Of a DNA stretch of 64,000 bases, positions 16,823 to 24,897 are shown piece after piece. Origin of the DNA: Minisyncoccia bacterium (lineage in GTDB: Bacteria > Patescibacteriota > Minisyncoccia > Phycocordibacterales > Phycocordibacteraceae); the NCBI GenBank assembly GCA_038228545.1, contig JBBRPE010000001.1:110924-174923 (forward strand), written 5' to 3'. Each line of letters begins with the position of its first letter. Position 1 is the stretch's first letter. The translations under genes and the position numbers were made by a program. The notes under the pieces were generated by a model. It was given only the letters and a program-made list of their open reading frames with translations. It made no database searches and was not told the origin of the DNA.

Positions 16823-19800
16823 TTAACCCTCGACTACCTGGAGTGCACGAGTCACCGCCATCTTCACTCCGGTAACGCCAGCTGAGTAGCTAGAGTCAAC
16901 TGCAGTTGAGAGCGAGGATACGAGGCGCTCAAGGAAGCTTGGTGCGCAGCCGGCAGTTGCCTGTGCAATTTCCGGATGTACAGCCGTTCCGTCAGTGTGT
17001 GCACGGAATGCATCATCGAGTGCAACAACTACATGGGTGAGGAACGCCTGTGCGTCGCCGCCTGTCTTGTTGATATCGCGAATGATTGCAAATACCGTTT
17101 CCTTTTCACCGGCGACAAGCGCCTTAATGAAGGAAGGTACGTCCTGAGAAATTACCTTCGCGACTGGTACTTCTACAGTATGAGCCACCGGAGCGGTCAT
17201 GACGGTTATCTGTTCTACCACATTAGCGATAGGAGTTGCATGTTGCGTCGGTGCGACGTAGCTGTGAGTCTCCGTCTCACGAGAGAGTCCCTTCACGATG
17301 TCGTCTACCGTAAGAGTGCCGTTGTCAGCGAGGGCCTTGAAACCTTCGTACGACGAGTAGGTACGAGATGCTACCGGACGAACTGGAGCAGCTACTGAGT
17401 GCATAGCGGGTACGTATGCGACCTGTGTGTGAGCAACTGGTGCGTGCGCTATAGGCGCATAGACCGGCTCGTTTACCGCGTAGCTCATTTCGCCACCGAA
17501 GATTCCCATGCGACGGAGTGCGAACGGAAGTGCGTTACCAAGAACGAGGTACGCAATCGCAAGGCTCCAGAGCACGAGCATGAGCCAGTAGAGCGCCGTG
17601 CCAACAGGACCCAGGTCGAGACCGGTGTACGGAAGGTCAGCGAGGTACACGTACGAGACTGGGTTTCCTGTTACCGGAAGCGAGTCGAGTACGATGTGCG
17701 GCTGAGTAGTATCGACACGGAGTGTTGCAGAACACGTGATGACGTTACCGTTCGTTCCATAGAACGTACCTACGTAGGTGTAGACTCCCTGGCCGTTTGG
17801 AGAGACAGAGCGAGAGCCGCTCGCGTTCACGTCCCCGATACCCTGGTCAAGATGAACGTTATTCGTGTTCGTACTGTTCCAGTAGATGCGTGCGCTGTCA
17901 CCACTGCTGATGTTCGACGGCGATACGCTGAGGGTACACGACGGTCCTGGATTGTACGTATTCGTCGAGACGGTTGTTGCACACGTTACTGTGCCACCTG
18001 CGCCGGTAGCTGTACCAGTGTAGGTACGAGAACCTCCCGGAGTAACGGTGACTGCACCGCCCGTAACGGGACTCATAGAACCGACACCCTGGTCAATGAC
18101 GAATGACGTTGCGTTTGTGGTATTCCACGTAAGCGTCGTCTGGCCATTGCTGTTGATGCTTCCCGGGTTAGCAGAGAGCGTACAGGTCGGGCTTGGCGTC
18201 ACGACAACAACCGTTGCAGGACACGTAATCGTACCGCCTGCACCGGACGCTGTAAGAGCGTAGTTAGTGGTATGCGTCGGCGTTATGTTGCCACTGCCTG
18301 AGGTTGCTACGTTCGAAGAATTCGTTCCGTCCGCAAGCGTTACAGTCGTAGCGTTCGCAGTCGTCCAAATGAGGGTAGAAGAACCACCATAGTTCACGCT
18401 TGCTGGGCTAGCCGAGAGCGTACAGGTAGGAGCAGGTGGTGGCTGCGTTACCGTAACGGTAATCGGAGCAGGACATACGACCGTTCCACCAGGGCCAGTA
18501 GCCGTGAGTGTATAGGTCGTGGTCTGAGTAGGAGCTACGTTGCGGGAAGCCGCCGTTGCTACCGCTCCGATGCCCTGATTAATCGATACGCTCGTAGCGT
18601 TGTTGGTCGTCCACGAAAGCGTGGATGCACCTCCCTGCTGAATAACCTGTGGCGTTGCCGTAAGAGTACAGGTTGGAGCCTCTGGTGTTACAACGACGAT
18701 AGTCGTTGAACAATTTACCGAGGTGCTATTCGCACCCGTAGCCGTGAGGGTGTACGTCGTGGTTACGCTTGGCGCAACTGCAACTGAACCGTTTACAGAG
18801 ACAGTACCAACGCTTGAGATGCTTACTGCAGATGCGTTGCTCGTCGTCCAGGAAAGCGTTGCCGCTGAGCCCTGGGTGATTGAGGTCGGAACTGCAGAGA
18901 GCGTACAGCTTGGGTTCGATGGTGGAACCACATAGATGATGGTCTGACAGGTAGCAGTGCCGCCTGCACCCGAAACTGTAAGCGTGTAGGTTGAGCTCGC
19001 ACCAGGGGAGACAACTGTTGACCCGCCTGATACTGGTGAGATTGAACCGACACCCGAGAGTGAACCCGAAGTAGCGTTCACGCTCGTCCACGTAATGGTC
19101 GAACTACCTCCCTGCTGGATTGAGTTTGGCGAAGCGGTGAGCGTACAGGAAGGAGTTGGAGGAACGATGGTTACGACTACTGTTGTAGAACAGTGCGCAA
19201 CGCCACCAGGACCAACTGCCGTACCGGTGTAGGTCGTGGTCTGACTTGGCCACACACCGATGGAACCGCCCTGTACTGACTGAACATTTCCGATACCCTG
19301 GTCAACCGAGAAACTCGTTGCGCCAGACGTTGTCCATGAAAGATTCGATGAACCTCCCTGCTGGATGTTGTTTGGAGATGCGTTAAGCGTACAAATCGGA
19401 GGATTTGGCTGAACAACGGTTACCGTTGCCTGACAATTCACCGTACCGTTTGCACCAGTTGCCGTAAGTCCGTAGGTTGTCGTTTGTGATGGAGATACCA
19501 GTACCGAGCCGCCGAGCGATACGCTTCCGAGAGTCGAAATAGTAACGCTGTTTGCGTTCGTGGTTGACCATGAAAGTGTTGCGCTGTTTCCAGCAAGTAC
19601 GGACGTCGGACTAGCCGAGAGCGTACAGGTTGGTGGCTGTGGTGGCTGATTCACCGTAATGGTGGTCTGACAATTAACGCTACCGCCATTACCAGTTGCA
19701 GTAAGGGTGTAGGTTGTCGTGCCCCACGGGGTCACGTTCATTGAGCCGCCTGGAGAAACCGCACCGATGCCCTGATTAATCGATACGCTCGTTGCGTTAG

Positions 19801-21340
19801 AGGTCGTCCAAGAAAGAGTGGACGCACCACCGGTCGTAATCGATGTTGGGTTCGCATTAAGCGTACAGGTTGGTGGCTGTGGTGGCTGATTCACCGTAAC
19901 GCTGGTGTAACAACGGACCGTGCCGCCTGCACCTGTTGCAGTGAGTGTGTAATTCGTCGTCTGTGCAGGTGCCACAGTACGGGAACCGAATGTGCCAACT
20001 GATCCGACACCCTGGTCGATAGTTACTGACGTAGCGTTCGTCGTTCCCCAGTTGAGGGTGGACGCGCCGCCGGTCGTAATAGACGAAGGACTTGCGGAGA
20101 GCGTACAGGTTGGTGGCTGTGGAGCCTGCGTTACGACAACCGTCGTGTTGCAGTTTGCCGTGCCTCCAGGACCCGTAACCGTAAGGGTGTAGGTTGTCGT
20201 TTGTGTTGGGGAAACCTGCACGGAACCGCCAGTCGAGACTGCGCCGAAGCCGGTAAGGCTTGCAGAGGTCGCGTTGTTCGATGTCCAAGAGACTACCGAA
20301 GACTGACCATTCTGAATCGAGGTTGGATTTGCAGAGATGGTACAGCTTGGAGCCTGTGGTGGCTGATTCACGGTAACGGTCGTGTAACAGTGGACAGTTC
20401 CACCATTGCCGCTAGCAGTAAGGTCGTACGTCGTCGTCTGTGTCGGGCTAACGTTGCGTGAGCCGTTCGAAGCAACTGCGCCTACTGTTGGTGAAATCGA
20501 AATGCTTGCTGCATTTGTCGTTCCCCAGTTGAGGGTAGATGCACCACCCGTCGTTATGGAAGCAGGGCTCGCCGTAAGCGTACATGTTGGGGAAGGAATC
20601 TGAGTCACCGTTACGGTTGCGTAACAATGGATAGTACCGCCGTTACCGATAGCCGTAAGGTCGTAAGACGTCGTCTGGGACGGCGACACGTTGCGTGAGC
20701 CGGACGTATTTACCGAACCAATGCTCTGATTAATAGAAACGCTGTTTGCGTTCGTGGTATTCCACGAAAGCGTCGAGCTTCCGCCATTCTGTATGGACGT
20801 CGGGTTTGCTGAGAGCGTACAGGTCGGAGCTGGCGTCGGAATGGTTACCGTAACGGTGGTCGTACAATGTACGGTTGTGCCGTTACTAGTAGCCGTAAGG
20901 TCATAGGTCGTCGTCTGTGACGGATTTACCGTACGTGAACCTGAGGTTCCAACTCCACCGATGCCCTGATCGATACTAACGGTATCAGCATTCTGCGTGG
21001 ACCATGAAAGATTTGAAGAATAGCCCTGAGTTATCGTCGACGGATTTGCGTCGAAGTTACAGGTAGGAGGAGGCAGGGGAGCCGGTGCTGGAGTCACGGG
21101 TGCCGGAGCTGGCGCCGGTGCTGGAGCAGGAGGTGGTGGTGGGGGTGGTGGGGGTGGTGGGGCCGGAGCAGGGGGCGGAGTACAGCACGGTGGAAGAACC
21201 TGCGCCATAACCTGCGTAGGTGTTACGAGTCCGGTTGCAAAAGCAATACCGACGCCTGCTGAGAAAACGGTAAGTACGGTAACGACACCGATAAGAATCG
21301 GGCGCTGCTTTGCGTAGGACATTGAAGTTTCGATGCTCAT
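16823..21340 (-). CDS. Giant cell-surface protein (1505 aa): N-terminal TM/signal anchor, Pro-rich linker, ~17 tandem ~80-aa Cys-bounded Ig-like repeats, LPVTG/LPYTG sorting-signal-like segment with TM helix and RR, then ~255-aa C-terminal domain
   Basis: Repeats of form CTLSASPxSIxxGGSSTLxWxTTNATSVxIDQGIGxVxxSGSRxVSPxQTTTYTLTAxGxGGTVxC; 240-nt periodicity at DNA level; LPVTGNPVSYVYLADLPYTGLDLGPVGTALYWLMLVLWSLAIAYLVLGNALPFALRR. Confidence 0.8.
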   Translation of the reverse strand: MSIETSMSYAKQRPILIGVVTVLTVFSAGVGIAFATGLVTPTQVMAQVLPPCCTPPPAPAPPPPPPPPPPPAPAPAPAPAPVTPAPAPLPPPTCNFDANPSTITQGYSSNLSWSTQNADTVSIDQGIGGVGTSGSRTVNPSQTTTYDLTATSNGTTVHCTTTVTVTIPTPAPTCTLSANPTSIQNGGSSTLSWNTTNANSVSINQSIGSVNTSGSRNVSPSQTTSYDLTAIGNGGTIHCYATVTVTQIPSPTCTLTASPASITTGGASTLNWGTTNAASISISPTVGAVASNGSRNVSPTQTTTYDLTASGNGGTVHCYTTVTVNQPPQAPSCTISANPTSIQNGQSSVVSWTSNNATSASLTGFGAVSTGGSVQVSPTQTTTYTLTVTGPGGTANCNTTVVVTQAPQPPTCTLSASPSSITTGGASTLNWGTTNATSVTIDQGVGSVGTFGSRTVAPAQTTNYTLTATGAGGTVRCYTSVTVNQPPQPPTCTLNANPTSITTGGASTLSWTTSNATSVSINQGIGAVSPGGSMNVTPWGTTTYTLTATGNGGSVNCQTTITVNQPPQPPTCTLSASPTSVLAGNSATLSWSTTNANSVTISTLGSVSLGGSVLVSPSQTTTYGLTATGANGTVNCQATVTVVQPNPPICTLNASPNNIQQGGSSNLSWTTSGATSFSVDQGIGNVQSVQGGSIGVWPSQTTTYTGTAVGPGGVAHCSTTVVVTIVPPTPSCTLTASPNSIQQGGSSTITWTSVNATSGSLSGVGSISPVSGGSTVVSPGASSTYTLTVSGAGGTATCQTIIYVVPPSNPSCTLSAVPTSITQGSAATLSWTTSNASAVSISSVGTVSVNGSVAVAPSVTTTYTLTATGANSTSVNCSTTIVVVTPEAPTCTLTATPQVIQQGGASTLSWTTNNATSVSINQGIGAVATAASRNVAPTQTTTYTLTATGPGGTVVCPAPITVTVTQPPPAPTCTLSASPASVNYGGSSTLIWTTANATTVTLADGTNSSNVATSGSGNITPTHTTNYALTASGAGGTITCPATVVVVTPSPTCTLSANPGSINSNGQTTLTWNTTNATSFVIDQGVGSMSPVTGGAVTVTPGGSRTYTGTATGAGGTVTCATTVSTNTYNPGPSCTLSVSPSNISSGDSARIYWNSTNTNNVHLDQGIGDVNASGSRSVSPNGQGVYTYVGTFYGTNGNVITCSATLRVDTTQPHIVLDSLPVTGNPVSYVYLADLPYTGLDLGPVGTALYWLMLVLWSLAIAYLVLGNALPFALRRMGIFGGEMSYAVNEPVYAPIAHAPVAHTQVAYVPAMHSVAAPVRPVASRTYSSYEGFKALADNGTLTVDDIVKGLSRETETHSYVAPTQHATPIANVVEQITVMTAPVAHTVEVPVAKVISQDVPSFIKALVAGEKETVFAIIRDINKTGGDAQAFLTHVVVALDDAFRAHTDGTAVHPEIAQATAGCAPSFLERLVSSLSTAVDSSYSAGVTGVKMAVTRALQVVEG

Positions 21341-21431
21341 GATTGTTTGGTTGAATGCTTGGTAATTTCGATAATAAATTGGTTCCCTGCCACCGAGGTG
21401 GCGTACAAAAAAAGAGAGAAGAGGGTGGTTG

Positions 21432-21458
21432 GGAGGTCGTCTGGGGACGACCTCCCTT
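21432..21458 (-). terminator. Probable terminator after the GC-rich secreted-protein gene
   Basis: GGGAGGTCGTC-TGGGG-ACGACCTCCC hairpin, CU-rich tract downstream on minus strand. Confidence 0.4.
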
Positions 21459-21469
21459 CCTGAAGCGTT

Positions 21470-22471
21470 CTACTGCGGACAGTCTTCGAAGCGGAACCAC
21501 AAGTTGGTCCGCACGGAGCTGGCCCGAGCTTCTGCCTCGGAATTCCACACGATAGCCACTTCCTTGCGGTCGCGCTGTGCGTGGTATTCCGGAGGTTCGA
21601 CACCCATGCCACACGACGTCGTGCCGTCGTGCTCGGTCTTGCACAGCACGAGCCGGAGGCTCGCATCGTGCGCAAACCGAACCGGAACACGTACCGAGTA
21701 CCAGCCCGGAGTAACCCGGAGACAGCCACGGGAGTGAACCCGCATCTGCAGTGCGCTGGCGACGGCTGCAAAGTCGCAGTCTTCGTCACGCACCTGGTCG
21801 AGTGGCCGGTAGGCCCGTTCGGTGAAGGCGCCGTTTTGAAGCGGACCTTGAACGCCGATCGGGCACGCCGCTTCTTCTTGCGGCGTGATGTCTGTGGCGG
21901 CCATGGCCCCCACGTTCACCACATCGTCGTCGGCCGTTGTCCGAAACACCACGAACGCGCAGGGCGGCGGAGCGACAGGCGAGAGGCCCGGGTTGACGCA
22001 GTCAAGCTTCACGACGATGCGTCCGGTGATGCGGTCCCGAAAGACCTGCACGCCGGCAGCAATCCGCTGTGGCTGACACTGCATGAACACGTCGTCGGCT
22101 TCGCGGCTGTGACCGCGAACGCACGACGAGTAGTATTCGATGGAGTGGTCGACTTCGAAGCGCTCGACATCTTCCCGAAGGAAGCGAAGCATCTGGGCGA
22201 AGTCGCCGAGATGTTCGGATTCAGGATCCCCTTGGCGGAAAGCCGCGAGGAACTGAATCGGGTTAGCCACGCATCCGCGGAGCGGACGATGACCGGTCGA
22301 GTCGAGTCGAAGTGACTCCGTCATCCTGGTGGTGAGCTCCCCAATCGAGGGAAGTCCACCCGGACAGAAGGCGTGGTACGGATGTGTCGTTGCCTCTGCC
22401 GTTCCCGGCGCTCCCACCAAAGGCGGCAGCGCAAGAACGACTGAGGCGAGTAGCGCGGTGATGCGCTTCAT
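21470..22471 (-). CDS. Hypothetical secreted Cys-rich protein (333 aa) in a GC-rich island
   Basis: Signal peptide MKRITALLASVVLALPPLVGAPGTAEA after AGGGAG SD; ~10 Cys; local GC visibly higher (~60%+) than flanks; ORF track N-terminal extension (to 22588) disregarded. Confidence 0.55.
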   Translation of the reverse strand: MKRITALLASVVLALPPLVGAPGTAEATTHPYHAFCPGGLPSIGELTTRMTESLRLDSTGHRPLRGCVANPIQFLAAFRQGDPESEHLGDFAQMLRFLREDVERFEVDHSIEYYSSCVRGHSREADDVFMQCQPQRIAAGVQVFRDRITGRIVVKLDCVNPGLSPVAPPPCAFVVFRTTADDDVVNVGAMAATDITPQEEAACPIGVQGPLQNGAFTERAYRPLDQVRDEDCDFAAVASALQMRVHSRGCLRVTPGWYSVRVPVRFAHDASLRLVLCKTEHDGTTSCGMGVEPPEYHAQRDRKEVAIVWNSEAEARASSVRTNLWFRFEDCPQ

Positions 22472-22607
22472 TTTCTCAATCTCCCTTATAGCGCCGCCCC
22501 GGAATGGGACGGCATTGGTTGAACGAACGTAATTCCCCTCTTTGCTGTTGCAAAGTGGTATCTGTGCATGAGACGAGCTCATGAACAAATACCACTCAAC
22601 ACTCTTT

Positions 22608-23270
22608 TTACTGAATACTCACCAAGTGAGCAATAACAACGAAACGGTCTGACTTGGTAGCGAACGAATCGCAGGTGACAAGCGTAAGCTTGCTTCCCTC
22701 TACCGTAAGCGGCACACCGTCGTTCTGTGTATTCGCCTGTGCAACCGTCTCGATTTCGTAGACGTACGTCTTCCCTGCTCCTGTCACCAGAATCTGGTCA
22801 CCATGCGCAAGAGTCTGAATACCGTCGAATGCTTTGTAGGCCTGATTGTGGACGACGGGTAGGTAACTCGAGTGTCCGAAGATAACGACGTTCTTGCCGT
22901 TCTCACCAAGCGAGCCTGACGTTGGATAGCGCACAGCTCCATAGAGAAGATCGTTATCCAACACCTGTGCATTGGTACTCGTCGGATTAGCGACCGTTAC
23001 CGAAAGATTAATCTTTGGAATCGAAATCTTTTCCGGAAGCACTGCGGCTCCAGCAACTTCTGATTGCTGCTGTTGCTCGGTTAGCACCGGCGCCTGTGTG
23101 CCAGTCTTTGATGTGTCAGGGAGCAAGTCGAGTCCGGAAAGCGCAAGTACCGTGGTACCGAATATCACAAAGGCGAACGCAAGGAAGCTCCACTTCTTTG
23201 CGATAATGAGTGATATTCCGCCTTTCGGCTTGGCTGTGGTTGGGTTTGTGGACATATCGGTCTTATACAT
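22608..23270 (-). CDS. srt: Sortase family transpeptidase
   Basis: N-terminal TM anchor, catalytic His context VVIFGHSSY, TLxTC signature LTLVTC, conserved Arg near C-terminus. Confidence 0.8.
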   Translation of the reverse strand: MYKTDMSTNPTTAKPKGGISLIIAKKWSFLAFAFVIFGTTVLALSGLDLLPDTSKTGTQAPVLTEQQQQSEVAGAAVLPEKISIPKINLSVTVANPTSTNAQVLDNDLLYGAVRYPTSGSLGENGKNVVIFGHSSYLPVVHNQAYKAFDGIQTLAHGDQILVTGAGKTYVYEIETVAQANTQNDGVPLTVEGSKLTLVTCDSFATKSDRFVVIAHLVSIQ

Positions 23271-23359
23271 AAATACACTATAAAACAGGTAATGTCAAGT
23301 CCTCCCCATCCCCTACCTATTTTGACCCTGGGCGCTCGGTTTGACAAAGAATTGCGAGT

Positions 23360-24613
23360 GTGGTAATAAGTACGCATATGGAAACGACCCAGAATCACCC
23401 CCAGGTACAGACGACTAAGCGCGCTGCCGTAGGCGGCCTCGCAGTCGTCGGCTTTGTAGCGCTTATTCTTATTGGCATTGCAACTGCAATTTACGCAGCA
23501 TCCTTCCTTCCGAAGGCGTTCTCGAAGCTCTCTTCGGCAAACGTGTTCCTTTCGGGAATTGCCCAGCCAAACGACAACAATCAGCTCCAGGTGGTACAGC
23601 CAACAAACACCACGCCGGCTCCGACCTCTATTGTGCTTTCACCAGCAACCACGACCAACACTGTTATCACTCCTATCTATACACCTCCAGCACCGACCCC
23701 GACGTACACTGCTCCAGCGCCAAAGCCGACCTATACCGCTCCAGCAACACCGACGTACCATGTTGTCGCAGTTCCTGCTTCAACCAACTACACCGGACTT
23801 CCTGATCTTACGACGTCCATCATGTCGGTTGGGTACCTCCGCAACAACGGAGACACCAATTCCTTCGTCGCGGCTAATACCGTGCCAACGGGGCTTCAGG
23901 GTGCTGTTCGCTTCTCTATAGCTAACCGCGGAACAAACGTCTCTGCTCCATTTATCTTTGAGGCAAACATTCCAAGCGGCAACAGCTCAACGGTCTATCG
24001 TTCCCCATCTGAGCGTGCGCTCAATCCAGGCGATAGCGTTATCTTTACGCTCGGCTTCGACTCTACTCAGAGCGGAAGTCAGAACCTTCGTGTGACTGTT
24101 GATCCAAGCAACTACATTGCTGAATCAAACGAAAGCAACAACACTGGTACCGCTACTATTTACCTCAGTGGCAACTACAACAACTCGAATAACAATTCGA
24201 ACAACAACTCAAGTCAGTACGACAGCAACGGTACCTACTGTACGTACGGAACGTACTACTCAAATAGTCGTTACTACTGCAACTCAAGCTACAACGGTAA
24301 CAACAATTCGAATTCGAACACCAGCTCGTACGACAGCAATGGTCAGTATTGTACCTACGGGACGTACTCCTCAAGCGGTCGTTACTACTGCAACTCAAGC
24401 TACAACAGTAACGGTAACAACAATTCGAATCAGAACGATATCAACGGTCGCAATTGCCTCTACGGTACTTCCTACAGCAACGGTCAGTACTACTGCAACG
24501 CAAATACATACACTAATACTAATACCAACACCGGCAACAGTCAGTACGACAGCAACGGTCAGTATTGTGCCTACGGGACGTACTACTCGAACAATCGCTA
24601 TTACTGCTCCTAA
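23360..24613 (+). CDS. Membrane-anchored surface protein: N-terminal TM, Pro/Thr-rich linker, CARDB-like domain, C-terminal N/S/Y-rich tandem repeats
   Basis: CARDB-like ending ...NLRVTVDPSNYIAESNESNN; 4x repeat YDSNGxYCxYGTYYSNxRYYCNSSYN. Confidence 0.75.
   Translation: MVISTHMETTQNHPQVQTTKRAAVGGLAVVGFVALILIGIATAIYAASFLPKAFSKLSSANVFLSGIAQPNDNNQLQVVQPTNTTPAPTSIVLSPATTTNTVITPIYTPPAPTPTYTAPAPKPTYTAPATPTYHVVAVPASTNYTGLPDLTTSIMSVGYLRNNGDTNSFVAANTVPTGLQGAVRFSIANRGTNVSAPFIFEANIPSGNSSTVYRSPSERALNPGDSVIFTLGFDSTQSGSQNLRVTVDPSNYIAESNESNNTGTATIYLSGNYNNSNNNSNNNSSQYDSNGTYCTYGTYYSNSRYYCNSSYNGNNNSNSNTSSYDSNGQYCTYGTYSSSGRYYCNSSYNSNGNNNSNQNDINGRNCLYGTSYSNGQYYCNANTYTNTNTNTGNSQYDSNGQYCAYGTYYSNNRYYCS
24212..24610 (+). 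repeat. Tandem direct repeats (~108-111 nt, 4 copies) encoding the N/S/Y/C-rich C-terminal repeats
   Basis: agtcagtacgacagcaacggt...cgttactactgcaactcaagctacaac recurring at 24212, 24323, ~24430, 24539. Confidence 0.7.
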
Positions 24614-24667
24614 TTGGCAACGAGCTCCGCTCTTATAAAGTGATAGCCTTATTGACCTAAACTATTC

Positions 24668-24702
24668 ATGAAGAAGCCCCGCATACCGCAGGGCTTCTTC
24701 AT
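24668..24702. terminator. Terminator hairpin after the CARDB/NSY-repeat gene
   Basis: atgaagaagccc-cgcataccgcag-ggcttcttcat (11-bp stem) followed by TTT. Confidence 0.5.
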
Positions 24703-24726
24703 TTCACCCCCCTATCATGGAGTGAG

Positions 24727-24897
24727 TGTGTGTGAATACCAGGAATAAGCTGAAAGCAGCCGAAGCATAACGAGTTGAGGAAAGAAATATCCGACCGAGG
24801 TCCTCGAGTGGCGGTATTTCTTGAACGAAACGACTATATGCTTCGTGCGCCCTGGAACGCCGGAGTCTTCCTGGCATTCACACACACGAACGAAACC
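24727..24897. repeat. Copy 2 of the duplicated non-coding element with terminal inverted repeats, starting 10 nt after the gyrB stop codon
   Basis: Core 24750-24875 ~88% identical to 5001-5125; flanking inverted repeats GTGTGTGTGAATACC / GGCATTCACACACAC. Confidence 0.7.

Noticed and set aside
16976-21057. Numerous plus-strand ORFs (up to 235 aa) inside 16823..21340
   Set aside because: Antisense to a highly repetitive giant gene; repeats generate long spurious antisense frames.
21581-22315. 244-aa plus-strand ORF in the GC-rich island
   Set aside because: High-GC DNA gives long ORFs on both strands; the minus-strand frame has an SD and signal peptide, the plus one has neither. Not fully excluded.
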